Part shown: positions 27,912 through 37,451 of the stretch, piece by piece
Layout of the letters: every line of letters begins with the position of its first letter
Numbering within the stretch: position 1 is the first letter of the stretch
Source: Ostreococcus lucimarinus
Lineage: Eukaryota
DNA length: 64,000 bases
Strand: one strand, 5' to 3'
Assembly (NCBI GenBank): GCA_000092065.1
Contig: CP000586.1
Program-made: the position numbers and the translations under genes
Notes under the pieces: generated by a model
The model's database searches: none
What the model saw: the letters and a program-made list of their open reading frames with translations, nothing else
What the model was told of the DNA's origin: nothing

Positions 27912-30164
27912 TCACGCGGCATGCGACCCAAAACCTTTATGGCCGGGCAACACTACGCTTTCATGGATCGCGAGAGCATAATCTTGCGCGATGCTCGGGT
28001 TCGAATGTTCCAGTTCACGGAAGCTGTCTGTGTGGCTCACTTCATTCCATTGCTGCTGACCAATCTTCACGGCGGCTTTCCATAGAGGCGCGTTCCGGGA
28101 CAAAGACGCGATTTTAGCGGCAGCAGCCGCGTTTTTCACGTTCAACTCCTTCCTCATACGATCTATGCAGTAGCCCGGTAAGCCGTCGATTTTCAAACGT
28201 TTGGCGAGCTCATACAGTTCAAGCAACATGTCCGCCTGCGGATGCACGGGGATTTGGTAAATCCAGCGTAAAGCGGCCAAAACGACGGGTACACTGGAGT
28301 CCGTGATGACTATACGCTTCATAGAATCCTTTTCGGGTGAAACCATGCGACGAACGGTGAAGGAAACGACGACAAAAAAGCAATAGAGAGCCCTCACGAG
28401 AAGAGCCATGATGGTTCCGAGATAGCGATAGTAGTGCTGCGTGATTTTCATCGCGTCAGGCTTACGTTCGAGCGCAGCAGTCATCGGAGACTTTTCCATG
28501 AGCTCTGCGAGATATTTTGAACCCTCTCTCACGACTTCTGTGTGAGCGAAAATCTTGCAATCACCGACGATGAACTCCAAGTCACCCGTGTCGTGCGAAC
28601 CTTTGATGGGCACGTGAAGTGACCCCCCAAGCAAACCTCCTTTCGAGCCGTATACACCCCTTTCATTCAGCTGCGTGAGAATATTTTGCTCAAGATTAGA
28701 CTCAATTTCGGTCTCTTGAACAGCTTCGTCCAGTTCTTTGCCTTCGCCTCTCGTCGCCACAGCGCCGCCCTCTTCGTCGCCCTCGTCGTACTGAGGGATT
28801 TTGCCCGTGTACGTCATATTCAACTCACTTTCTTCTTCTCCCGTGGGGAATGGAAGATAAGCTTCAAGATTAATCGCTATACACACACCAGCTTCCTCTG
28901 GAGAAGCTCTGATACTCGGATCACGGGAACCGTGCAAGATGACAAGGGCGCCGTCGACGCACGCCCCGGCGTGGCTAAATCGCGGGTCGGTGTCGGATTC
29001 CGGGTTGAGTCGCGCCCACTCCGCGGTAGGAAAGTGAAAGACGTACGTGTCACCAAGCACATCGTCTTGCAACAATACTCGGCCGCCATGGACGATCCAA
29101 TTCGCACCATACACGCAAGATAAGAAGGAAGTTCTCGGACTCGGCACTTGCCCGGCTCGCGCCACCATCGTCCAACGCGGCGTACCCGCCGCAGAAAGCT
29201 GAAGGACCCAAACAACCATTTCGATGGAAGTTTCGTTTGGACTTAAGATATAAAGCGTCGAATTTCGTGCCGCCATCGCGCACGCGTCACCACCAACCGG
29301 ATGCTTCCACTGCGTGTCGATGGTGAGCCATTCCGATTCCGCCAAGTCGAACCCATACAGATCATTATATATGACAACATCCTGTCCCGGCTGCACATCC
29401 TTCCCCGCGAAAACGAACAAGACGTTATCGGATATGCACATGCAATGTCCCGTGCGCGACGGCGGGGGGTCACCGATGACGTCCACCAGCGTCCACGTGC
29501 ACGCCACAAAGTCGAACACCCACAAATCGTTCAAGCATCCGAATTGCCCTTGACCACCGAAAACGTACAGCAAATCCCCGTGCACGACCGCGCCGTGTCC
29601 ATATCGACCCGGGGGCACGCCAACTTCGCCATCCGCCGCCGTGGCGGCGACTTCGTAACACGCCCCTCGTCCGCTCCACCTGTACACGCTCGTCACGAAT
29701 TCTCCCTCGTGCGCCAATCCTCCGTACGTGTACACCTCGTCCTCCCACACGAACGCCGCGGTTCCGACGAAGTAACCTTCTTCATCTTCGTACCCATCCT
29801 CATCCTCGTCATCGTCCCCATCGAACGCGTTCGCGCCGTCGACGGCGTCCTCTTCTTCGCCGAACTCGTTTACGCGTCCCGCGCGCGTCGTCGTCGTCGT
29901 CGTCGTCGCCCCGCCCCGTCCGATCGTCACCTCCGTCGTCCGACGCGCGACGCGCGCGCGTTCGATCGTCGTCTCGCCCTCGCGCGCGATCCCGCGCGCG
30001 TCGTCTCCGAGTCCTTCGTCGTCGTCTCGCGTCAGCGCGTCCGCGAGCGCGTTCAAAAACGCCGCGCGCGATTGCTGCGGCGCGACGCCCTTCGCCCTGG
30101 CCAGCGCGCTGAGCTGCTTCGTCGTCATCGACGTCAGCGGCACGCCGTCGTGTTCGAGCGCCAT
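27912..30164 (-). CDS. LZTR1-like protein: N-terminal SAP-like motif, acidic linker, Kelch repeats, BTB/POZ domain(s)
   Basis: Kelch blades (..YTYGGLAHEGEF..; GRYGHGAVVHGDLLYVFGG..; PSRTGHCMCISDNVLFVFAG..) precede a BTB (GDLEFIVGDCKIFAHTEVVREGSKYLAELM..). ATG at 30164 (MALEHDG). The six-frame ORF extends further 5-prime without an ATG-supported start. Confidence 0.7.
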   Translation of the reverse strand: MALEHDGVPLTSMTTKQLSALARAKGVAPQQSRAAFLNALADALTRDDDEGLGDDARGIAREGETTIERARVARRTTEVTIGRGGATTTTTTTRAGRVNEFGEEEDAVDGANAFDGDDDEDEDGYEDEEGYFVGTAAFVWEDEVYTYGGLAHEGEFVTSVYRWSGRGACYEVAATAADGEVGVPPGRYGHGAVVHGDLLYVFGGQGQFGCLNDLWVFDFVACTWTLVDVIGDPPPSRTGHCMCISDNVLFVFAGKDVQPGQDVVIYNDLYGFDLAESEWLTIDTQWKHPVGGDACAMAARNSTLYILSPNETSIEMVVWVLQLSAAGTPRWTMVARAGQVPSPRTSFLSCVYGANWIVHGGRVLLQDDVLGDTYVFHFPTAEWARLNPESDTDPRFSHAGACVDGALVILHGSRDPSIRASPEEAGVCIAINLEAYLPFPTGEEESELNMTYTGKIPQYDEGDEEGGAVATRGEGKELDEAVQETEIESNLEQNILTQLNERGVYGSKGGLLGGSLHVPIKGSHDTGDLEFIVGDCKIFAHTEVVREGSKYLAELMEKSPMTAALERKPDAMKITQHYYRYLGTIMALLVRALYCFFVVVSFTVRRMVSPEKDSMKRIVITDSSVPVVLAALRWIYQIPVHPQADMLLELYELAKRLKIDGLPGYCIDRMRKELNVKNAAAAAKIASLSRNAPLWKAAVKIGQQQWNEVSHTDSFRELEHSNPSIAQDYALAIHESVVLPGHKGFGSHAA

Positions 30165-30354
30165 GTCGAGCGCGTCGACGTGTGCGGCGCCGATCGCGTC
30201 GCATCGCGCCGATCGTCCCGACGCGCAACACCCAGCCAGACGCGCGCGAGACGTCGACGCGGCGCCGGCGAGGACGCGAAGGGAGCGACGGGAGCGACGC
30301 GAGCGACGCGAGCGCGCGAACGCGCGAACGCGACGACGGGACGACGCGCGCGGG

Positions 30355-32049
30355 ATGGACGAGCGCGCGCCGCTCGTCGGTGGACGCGAGCGCCAACACC
30401 CAGGCCGGGCGACCGATGGGGACGGAAGCGCGCGCGCGGGACGACGGACGGACGTGGAGAGCGGGAAGGCTGAGCGAGGACGCGCGCGAGGAGTGAGTGG
30501 ACGGACGGTGACGTACGCGGGCGCGTTCGTGGTGTTGTCGGCGTGCGCGTGCGCGCTGCTCGGAGGCGGACGGTTTCCCGTGGACGCGCTGCCGAGAGCG
30601 GCGCGGGGGTTTCTATTTAGACGCTTGCGAGCGAAAGATGAGGCGATGACGGCGCAGTTGAGCGCACCGGCGGTGTTTGATGATTTCTGCCGGGCGATCG
30701 GGAGGGACGGCGCGTGCAAAGATGTCGTCGCCGCGCGCGCGGGACTCGGCGCGGTGGGCGAGGAGACGTTTGAAGCTTTGGTGGATCGGGCGAGAGCGAT
30801 GAAACGTGATGAGAGCGACGATAGCGTCGGGTTCTTAGGAGCTTACGATGGGATGATGTCGGGGATGTTGGATCAACCTCGGACTTTCGTGAAGCTTGTC
30901 CCGGAGTGGGCCACGGCTGGGCTGGGTTTTGAAGGCGGCGCCGACTCCAGCGACGGTGCGGAGGCGAAGAAGTTGAGCCTCTTCGTCGCGGACGTCTTTC
31001 CATTGCTGCGTAAGTATCCAGACTGGGATATGTCTGATACGAACGCCATTCGCTTTCTCACTAGACACATCAATGAAGAAAACTTCAGCGTCGATGACGT
31101 CGAGTTGTCTGATTTCATGCGCGCCTCGAGCTCCACGGCGGCTCTTTCCAAGAGGGAAAAGAGCACCATCCGTGGTGTCTTACCTCCCAAAGACGTCAAT
31201 CGACGCGTGCCACTTTCACCGCACGCTTCATCCGATGAGACGCACGGGGTGCACCATTTCTTGACCAGACTGCCGGCGCTCGGCAAGGTGGAATTACGAG
31301 CGAAAGACAACAGGCTTCCCACGAGCTTTGATGCGCGCGTTGCGTACCCGAAATGCTCTCGACTTTTAGGCGCGGTCAGAGACCAGGGTAGATGTGGGTC
31401 CTGCTGGGCCGTTGCGGCGACGGAAGTCATGAATGATCGTCTCTGCGTCGCCACTGACGGCGAAAACGCGGACGAGCTCTCGCCCCAATACGCCCTCTCG
31501 TGCTTCGACAGCGGCTCAGGTTGTGACGGTGGCGACGTCTTAGACACTTTACGGATCGCATTCACCAAGGGTATACCATACGGTGGTATGTTAGACTCGA
31601 ACGCGTGCTTACCGTATGAGTTTGAGGCGTGCGATCATCCATGCATGGTTGCTGGCACGACGCCGCAGAGCTGTCCAGCGAAGTGCGCGGACGGTTCCGC
31701 CTTGTCCTTTGTTCACCCCACATCCGAGCCATACACGTGCCCAAAAGGAGACGTCACGTGTATTGCGAGAGAGATAATGGAAAACGGTTCCGTGGCTGTG
31801 ACTTTTGGACCCGTCTACGCCGACTTCTACAGGCACACGGGCTCGGGTGTGTACACGGTCCCCAACGACGCTGGCGAGCCACTCGGACAGCACGCGACGA
31901 AGCTCATCGGTTGGGGGGTCTCGGAAGAGGGAGAACATTACTGGTGGATGGTGAACTCGTGGAGAAACTGGGGTGAAAACGGCGTGAGCAAAGTGCGCAT
32001 GGGTGAGATGAATATCGAGTCGGGCATTGCCGCGATCGCCATGAAGTGA
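30355..32049 (+). CDS. Papain-family (C1) cysteine protease, cathepsin-B-like, with signal anchor and long pro-region
   Basis: Active-site Cys context DQGRCGSCWAVAATE. The His/Asn region ..HATKLIGWGVSEEGEHYWWMVNSWRNWGENG and an occluding-loop-like Cys-rich insert are present. A hydrophobic segment AFVVLSACACALLGG lies near the N-terminus. Confidence 0.85.
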   Translation: MDERAPLVGGRERQHPGRATDGDGSARAGRRTDVESGKAERGRARGVSGRTVTYAGAFVVLSACACALLGGGRFPVDALPRAARGFLFRRLRAKDEAMTAQLSAPAVFDDFCRAIGRDGACKDVVAARAGLGAVGEETFEALVDRARAMKRDESDDSVGFLGAYDGMMSGMLDQPRTFVKLVPEWATAGLGFEGGADSSDGAEAKKLSLFVADVFPLLRKYPDWDMSDTNAIRFLTRHINEENFSVDDVELSDFMRASSSTAALSKREKSTIRGVLPPKDVNRRVPLSPHASSDETHGVHHFLTRLPALGKVELRAKDNRLPTSFDARVAYPKCSRLLGAVRDQGRCGSCWAVAATEVMNDRLCVATDGENADELSPQYALSCFDSGSGCDGGDVLDTLRIAFTKGIPYGGMLDSNACLPYEFEACDHPCMVAGTTPQSCPAKCADGSALSFVHPTSEPYTCPKGDVTCIAREIMENGSVAVTFGPVYADFYRHTGSGVYTVPNDAGEPLGQHATKLIGWGVSEEGEHYWWMVNSWRNWGENGVSKVRMGEMNIESGIAAIAMK

Positions 32050-32125
32050 GCTTTTAGTTTTTAGTTTTGTGCTAATCATTAAAGAAGACAACGTTCTAGA
32101 ACGCAACCACCTTCCCTAAAACCGC

Positions 32126-32445
32126 TTAGTGCGCAACGAAAGCCTTACCCGCCTTGGAGCCGCTCGGGATCACCTTCAACGTGTTGAAACGAACGGTCTT
32201 GGACAACGGGCGGCACTGGCCAACGACAACCTTGTCGCCTTCGTTGCATCGGAAGCACGGGGAAATGTGCGCGGAGATGTTGGTGTGGCGCTTCTCGTAA
32301 CGCTGGTACTTGCGAATGAAGTGCAAGTAATCCATGCGCATCACGATCGTGCGGTTCATCTTCGTGGACTTGACGACGCCCGTCAAGATGCGACCGCGAA
32401 TGGACACGTTACCCGTGAACGGGCACTTCTTATCGATGTACGTCC
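32126..32445 (-). CDS. RPS11: 40S ribosomal protein S11 (uS17), exon 3 of 3
   Basis: [91 protein letters not shown] is near-identical to eukaryotic S11. The acceptor is ctcgatcgtag|. Confidence 0.9.
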
Positions 32446-32640
32446 CTACGATCGAGGTAAAAATCAATCAGTCGTCAGTCTCACAGTCTCCTCGCTTTTC
32501 TCATCAACCCTCTTCGCCGTCATCGCGTCGTCATCCGCCCGCGCGTCCCGACCCTCGCCTCGCCGCGCCCTAGAACCCCAAGCAAGCCCTAGAACCCGCG
32601 CCATCGCGCGTTCGAAATCCCTCTCCTCGTCTTCACGCAC

Positions 32641-32741
32641 CTTCGATCGCCTCGCGCGGCGTCTTAAACCCGAGACCAACATTCTTATAGTATCGGTTAC
32701 CACCCTTGCCCGGCGTCTTCTTCTTCGTCGCGGACGCAAAC
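32641..32741 (-). CDS. RPS11: 40S ribosomal protein S11, exon 2 of 3
   Basis: Encodes ..[30 protein letters not shown](G), flanked by acceptor gtgcgtag| and donor |gtgcgtgaag. The phases join exon 1 (phase 2) and exon 3 (phase 1), giving a 158-aa product. Confidence 0.75.
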
Positions 32742-32861
32742 CTACGCACATCGATCGAATCATTCGTCAGTCGTCCGCACCCGCGATCGCTTCGCCCTTC
32801 GCATCCTTCGCGCGCGCGCGCGCCCTTCGCGACCGAGCGCGGCGCTCGTCGTCGCACGCAC

Positions 32862-32917
32862 CCGACGTTCACCCCGAGTTGCTTCTGGAAAGCGCGTTCG
32901 TGTTGCTCGGCAGCCAT
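32862..32917 (-). CDS. RPS11: 40S ribosomal protein S11, exon 1 of 3
   Basis: ATG at 32917 opens [19 protein letters not shown]. The donor is GTCGG|gtgcgtg. Confidence 0.65.
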
Positions 32918-33191
32918 GTTTCGCGGACTGCTGCGGCGGAGAGAGACGGCGCGGCGCGCGCGCGGGGCGACGACGCGCGCGCGACGACGCGGGCGCGATC
33001 GATGACGGGATTTCACGGCGCCGCGCCCATTTTTTTATCCCGGGCGCGCGCGTTCGTTTTCGCTCGCACATGGCGTTCGAGGGTGATTGAATGCGAGAGA
33101 TTCGCGCGCCGCGTCGCGCCGCGCGTCGCGTCGCGGATAAAGCGTCGGCACTTCGCGGCTGACGTGCGCGCTCGACCGATCATGTTTGCCC

Positions 33192-33193
<2 letters not shown>

Positions 33194-33223
<30 letters not shown>
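33194..33223. repeat. (ACG)10 trinucleotide microsatellite in the 725-bp spacer upstream of RPS11
   Basis: The run acgacgacgacgacgacgacgacgacgacg is read directly. Similar ACG/CGT runs recur inside coding regions (e.g. 14335-14360, 17744-17770, 20661-20684, 47824-47857). Confidence 0.8.
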
Positions 33224-33642
33224 TGCGCGCGCGCGCACGCGCGGGCGCGACGACGAACGACGACGCGAACGAACGCGAGCGTCGAACGCGTGGAACAGGC
33301 GACGCCGTGGGCGACGCGAAGCGTGGATTTCGCGAACACGGATGGGGCGACGCGGGAGCGGGCGTGCGGGACGAGCGACTGGGCGCGCGTGGACATGGCC
33401 AAGGCGAAGTGCGTGCACCCGGATCGACCGGTCGCGAAGTTGTGCGGGGATTGCCCGCGACGGAAGTGAGAGGGCGACGATCTCGGTCATCGCAAACGAC
33501 GCGAAAAAGCGATTAATCATTGATTCATTTTTTCGACGAGGGGGACGCTCAGAGGGCGAGACGCGCTCGGATGGCGCGCTCAGAGGACGAGACGTGTAGT
33601 GAAACCTTAATTAAATCGTCAAACCTGATTGTTCCCATCGCC

Positions 33643-35754
33643 TCATCGCTTTTCGTGGCGCACACGCGAGACGCCGAAATAAAATGTGGCCAAGTACACT
33701 GGGACGCTGAGCGACGCGTACAGCAACGACATCCACTTTCCGCGCTCGGCGAGCGAAAACGTTCGCAGCACGGACTCCCCCGTGATCGCATCGCATTGGC
33801 TTTGATTGGAGAAAAACATGCGTAAAAGCCGTAAAGATGATTCTGGCAAGGACATGGACTCGATCAAGTCGTCTAAACCGCCCGTGTCTGAGCCGCAGTG
33901 ATCAAAGAATTCGCGGCCGTCGTACTCGTTCACCATGATCGACGACCACGCCCACTGGATGAACGAGATATTGTACAACCATCTCCACGCGTTGTGTATC
34001 GTGCGAGCTCGAATGAAGAAACCTCCGACTAACATGTTTATCGTTGCGTAAATTGGGAGCACGCTCGCGGGGCCGACGTCACCCGGAATCGCAGCTGAGA
34101 TCGTGCAGCCGATCAGCTGCGAGATGGTGAAGTTCACGAGACAGGTGAAAACAAAAAAGAAGAACGCAATCGCGGTTGGATTGAGCCCGACGCACCAATA
34201 CAAAACCGCGGAGAAAGACAAAGAGGCGAGGATGGTCATGGGCATTTCGGCGATAATTTTTGAAGCGACGTAATTTCCCGGACGATAATAGCTTTCGTGA
34301 AACTCGCGAGTGTAGACTTCGCGCTCAAATTTCACTTCTTCCACGTGGACTTGTGCCATGAACGACGGTAGTATGCACGCGATGAACATGATGCCGTTGG
34401 TGTTCAATATCCCAGTTGGAGTCTTTTTCTGCTGATAGAAAAACGCGCTCAGCAGAGCGGCGAGAATGACGTACAGACCACATCTTGTAAACCAGAAGAT
34501 CGCGTAGCGCCATTTTGGGGCATCCTTATACCGAATCATGATGCCCAACTCAGTGAATGGATTGTGCGCATATTCTGAATCTTTGCCTGTGCCGTTGGTC
34601 TTTGAAGATTCGGTGTTGATCGTCACCGCGTTCATCGGCAGTTTGAGCGACGTGATTTCTGCCACGTGCTCCAAGTTGGACGCGCGCAGGCTCGATTCGG
34701 CGTAATATTTGGCGCACTCCTGACCAGTGGATATGGTGTCGATAAAGTACTCTGCGATGTTAAAGCCAGCCTCGTATGGAAACCCTTGATTGATGAAAAA
34801 GTCCATGGGATTGTGCCCAGCTTCGCCGAAATACGCGAGCATGCCAGAGGTGAGCAAAATCAACTTGTTGAAAGATTGGTAGATCGGCATGGAAGGTTGG
34901 TGAACGGTCACCAGGAGCGTGCGACCATCCTCCGCTTGAAGTCTGGATAGACAATTGATCACATCAGCTGCCATTGAAGAGTCCAAACCCGAAGTAGGCT
35001 CGTCCAAGAACATCGCTCTGGGATTTGACGTGCACAGCGCGGACGCGACGGCCAATCGCTTGAGCTCTCCACCGCTTATCCCGCGAATCACGTGGTTGCC
35101 GACTAGGGTATCCCGACACTTTGAAAGATTCATCTGATCAATCACGTGCTCCACTAACTCCAACTTACGCTTTACGTCCTCAGTTGACGTGCCAGGAAGC
35201 TTGATCATCGCTGCAAACGTAACTGTCTCCGCGACAGTCGCGCCTCCGAAGAAGGCTTCATGTTGCGGAACATACGCCGTGTACTTCTTGATCGTCGCCA
35301 AACTGGGCACCACACCATCAAAGAGAATCTTACCACGTATCCTGCCTTCCGTCTTGCGCCCAGATATTATGTCCAAGAGCGTCGTCTTCCCAGATCCAGA
35401 CTGGCCCATCACCGCACACATCGCGCCTCTTTCGATGACTCCGCTGATTTCGTTCAAAATGACCTTGGTACGCGCCACTGGTTCGATCGAGGACTCTTGC
35501 TTGCAAGTGCAGGAGTTGTGAACTGATCCAGATGAGACTTTAATGTCGCATCCCACGCCGTCGAGCGCGATGGTAAGACCGTTTTGCTGCGATGAAATCG
35601 AGGCCACACGATGAGCACCGTGGTGCTTTGCTTCGAGCACACCTTGCTGCAACTGTTTCGCTGTTTCGATGTCGACGCACGACACGCTATCTAAGCTGTT
35701 TGCGCTCGAGAGATTATTTGCAGTTCCGTCATGCCGAGATTGCCTTGCGCCCAT
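33643..35754 (-). CDS. ABCG-family (white/WBC-type) half-size ABC transporter
   Basis: Walker A GQSGSGKTTLLDIISGR, signature ISGGELKRLAVASAL, Walker B MFLDEPTSGLDS and a 6-TM ABC2 domain are present. The ATG at 35754 (MGARQSRHDG) is preferred because the longer ORF would overlap the 3-prime end of UTP11. Confidence 0.85.
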   Translation of the reverse strand: MGARQSRHDGTANNLSSANSLDSVSCVDIETAKQLQQGVLEAKHHGAHRVASISSQQNGLTIALDGVGCDIKVSSGSVHNSCTCKQESSIEPVARTKVILNEISGVIERGAMCAVMGQSGSGKTTLLDIISGRKTEGRIRGKILFDGVVPSLATIKKYTAYVPQHEAFFGGATVAETVTFAAMIKLPGTSTEDVKRKLELVEHVIDQMNLSKCRDTLVGNHVIRGISGGELKRLAVASALCTSNPRAMFLDEPTSGLDSSMAADVINCLSRLQAEDGRTLLVTVHQPSMPIYQSFNKLILLTSGMLAYFGEAGHNPMDFFINQGFPYEAGFNIAEYFIDTISTGQECAKYYAESSLRASNLEHVAEITSLKLPMNAVTINTESSKTNGTGKDSEYAHNPFTELGIMIRYKDAPKWRYAIFWFTRCGLYVILAALLSAFFYQQKKTPTGILNTNGIMFIACILPSFMAQVHVEEVKFEREVYTREFHESYYRPGNYVASKIIAEMPMTILASLSFSAVLYWCVGLNPTAIAFFFFVFTCLVNFTISQLIGCTISAAIPGDVGPASVLPIYATINMLVGGFFIRARTIHNAWRWLYNISFIQWAWSSIMVNEYDGREFFDHCGSDTGGLDDLIESMSLPESSLRLLRMFFSNQSQCDAITGESVLRTFSLAERGKWMSLLYASLSVPVYLATFYFGVSRVRHEKR

Positions 35755-35933
35755 GTTCGTGAGCGGTGCATTCTGAAGTCTGAAATCTGAGTTTGCCTCG
35801 TGGTTATCAACTCGACGAGATTGAACGTTCACGAATCGACAGGTGAAATCACGGTATCGTGTCAGTATAATTACATTCAAGCTAAAATAATCGCTACTGA
35901 AGACGAATGGGATTCGCGCACGGACACTCGCAT

Positions 35934-36734
35934 CTATTTCTGGCGTTCTTGCTTCCATTTGAAGTACGACGTCTTTGTTCCATCGGGATTCGTCTTCGTA
36001 ATCTTCACCTTGTGCCCTTTGGAGTGAGAAATGACTTTTTGCATCGCCATCTCTGCGCTCATGTCCTTCAGCTTCTTCGCTCGTTCATCGTAGGCGGTGT
36101 ACGTCTTGTACGCACCCTTCTGCATCCGCGTGAGCCTCTTCATAGAAATCTCCGATGCGCCAGTGCCGCTCGAGCCGGCGGCGCCGTCGCTTCGCACGCC
36201 GACCACCGCGTCTTCGTCCTCCAACTGCGCCCGACGAGGACGATTGAATGTTCGATTCACGAGCTCAGGGACGGTATCGAAATGCTCCGCCGCATCGAAA
36301 CTTTTCGCCTCTTCTTCCGTGTCAACGAAGACGGTGTGTTTGCGCTTCACCGGAACGCCGATACCGTGCAAATTTCGCTTCATCTTCTCCACCTTCTTAC
36401 CCTCAATCGCCGCCTTCATTTGCACGTACTTCACATCCTGCGTCTTCATCACCCGTAACTCTTCTTCGGTGTATTTGTTCTGTTCCGTGCTCCTCGCCAC
36501 GTGCACCCCGTCGTCCGTCTTCGCCTTTTGCATGGCAAAGTAAAACTCATCCGGATTCCTATACGCCGCCTTTCGCTTCAACGCGTTGATCGCATCTTCC
36601 TTCTTGTGATAATCTCTCGCGCGAAGCACGTAATCCTTCTTCTTCTCCAGCAAACCGAACCGTTTGCGCTCGCTCAACTGCGACCGCTCCTTGTGCGTCT
36701 TGCGTTTGACGGCGTTACGAAGCGAGCTCGACAT
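35934..36734 (-). CDS. UTP11: U3 snoRNP protein UTP11
   Basis: MSSSLRNAVKRKTHKERSQLSERKRFGLLEKKKDYVLRARDYHKKEDAINALKRKAAYRNPDEFYFAM matches the UTP11 family N-terminus. 266 aa. Confidence 0.85.
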   Translation of the reverse strand: MSSSLRNAVKRKTHKERSQLSERKRFGLLEKKKDYVLRARDYHKKEDAINALKRKAAYRNPDEFYFAMQKAKTDDGVHVARSTEQNKYTEEELRVMKTQDVKYVQMKAAIEGKKVEKMKRNLHGIGVPVKRKHTVFVDTEEEAKSFDAAEHFDTVPELVNRTFNRPRRAQLEDEDAVVGVRSDGAAGSSGTGASEISMKRLTRMQKGAYKTYTAYDERAKKLKDMSAEMAMQKVISHSKGHKVKITKTNPDGTKTSYFKWKQERQK

Positions 36735-36947
36735 CGCGTCCGCGCGTCTCGCGCGCGCGCGATCTCGGTGTCTTCGCCGCGCTTTGTTTCACCGCGTTTC
36801 GCCGCGTCGCGCTTCGCCGCTTCGCGCTTCGCCGCGTCGGCGTCGTCGAATGGCGCCGCCGCCGGGACGCCGCGGGACGCCGCGGGACGCCCCGCTCGGA
36901 CGCGAGGCGGCGACGTTCGGCGGCAGTCGGACGCGCGCGGGCGATGG

Positions 36948-37394
36948 ATGCGGGGCGCGCGCGATGAAGACGACGATGCGCGCGCGATGGCGGCGCCGGT
37001 GACGCGCGACGACGCGATGCGCGTGCTGGGACTGGACGAGCGCGACGCGAGGAATCCGAGCTTGGTGAAGCGAACCGTGCGCGAGCGCGCGTTGGATGCG
37101 CATCCCGATCGCGCCACGGGGTCGCGCGAGCGATTCAGCGCAGTGATGGCGTCGAGAGATATACTTTTGAGCGACCTACGGGGCGGAGGGACGAATCGAG
37201 GGTTCACGATGGCGGAGAGCGCGGCGCGGCGAGCGACGGATAACGCGCTGCCAAAGCACTTCAAGTCGTTCATCGTCGCGACGGCGTTGGTTTTAGTCGG
37301 TGTGTCGTGCGTCAGGACGAACGCGGGCGAGAGGCGTAAAGCGAGAAGTCCACTGGTGAGAGACGCCATGGGTTTACCGCCTAGCGATGCGTGA
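36948..37394 (+). CDS. Small J-domain (DnaJ-like) protein with C-terminal TM segment
   Basis: J-domain core AMRVLGLDERDARNPSLVKRTVRERALDAHPDRATGSRERFSAVMASRDILL, including the HPD tripeptide. It is followed by the hydrophobic segment FIVATALVLVGVSCV. The start is ambiguous (36948 or 36993). Confidence 0.6.
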   Translation: MRGARDEDDDARAMAAPVTRDDAMRVLGLDERDARNPSLVKRTVRERALDAHPDRATGSRERFSAVMASRDILLSDLRGGGTNRGFTMAESAARRATDNALPKHFKSFIVATALVLVGVSCVRTNAGERRKARSPLVRDAMGLPPSDA

Positions 37395-37451
37395 GTAGTA
37401 TACTAGCGATGCGTGTAGTGTATAGCAGTTGTATAAAAGTGCTCGTCTCAA

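Noticed and set aside
29301-30473. 390-aa plus-strand ORF and further ORFs (29809-30399, 30182-30496) overlapping the LZTR1-like gene and the cathepsin presequence region
   Set aside because: They are antisense to Kelch repeats with clear motif conservation. Composition is Arg/Asp low-complexity.
32129-33469. 446-aa plus-strand ORF spanning the RPS11 locus antisense, and sibling ORFs to 33520
   Set aside because: It runs antisense through the highly conserved RPS11 exons and through the GC-rich spacer. There is no motif content.
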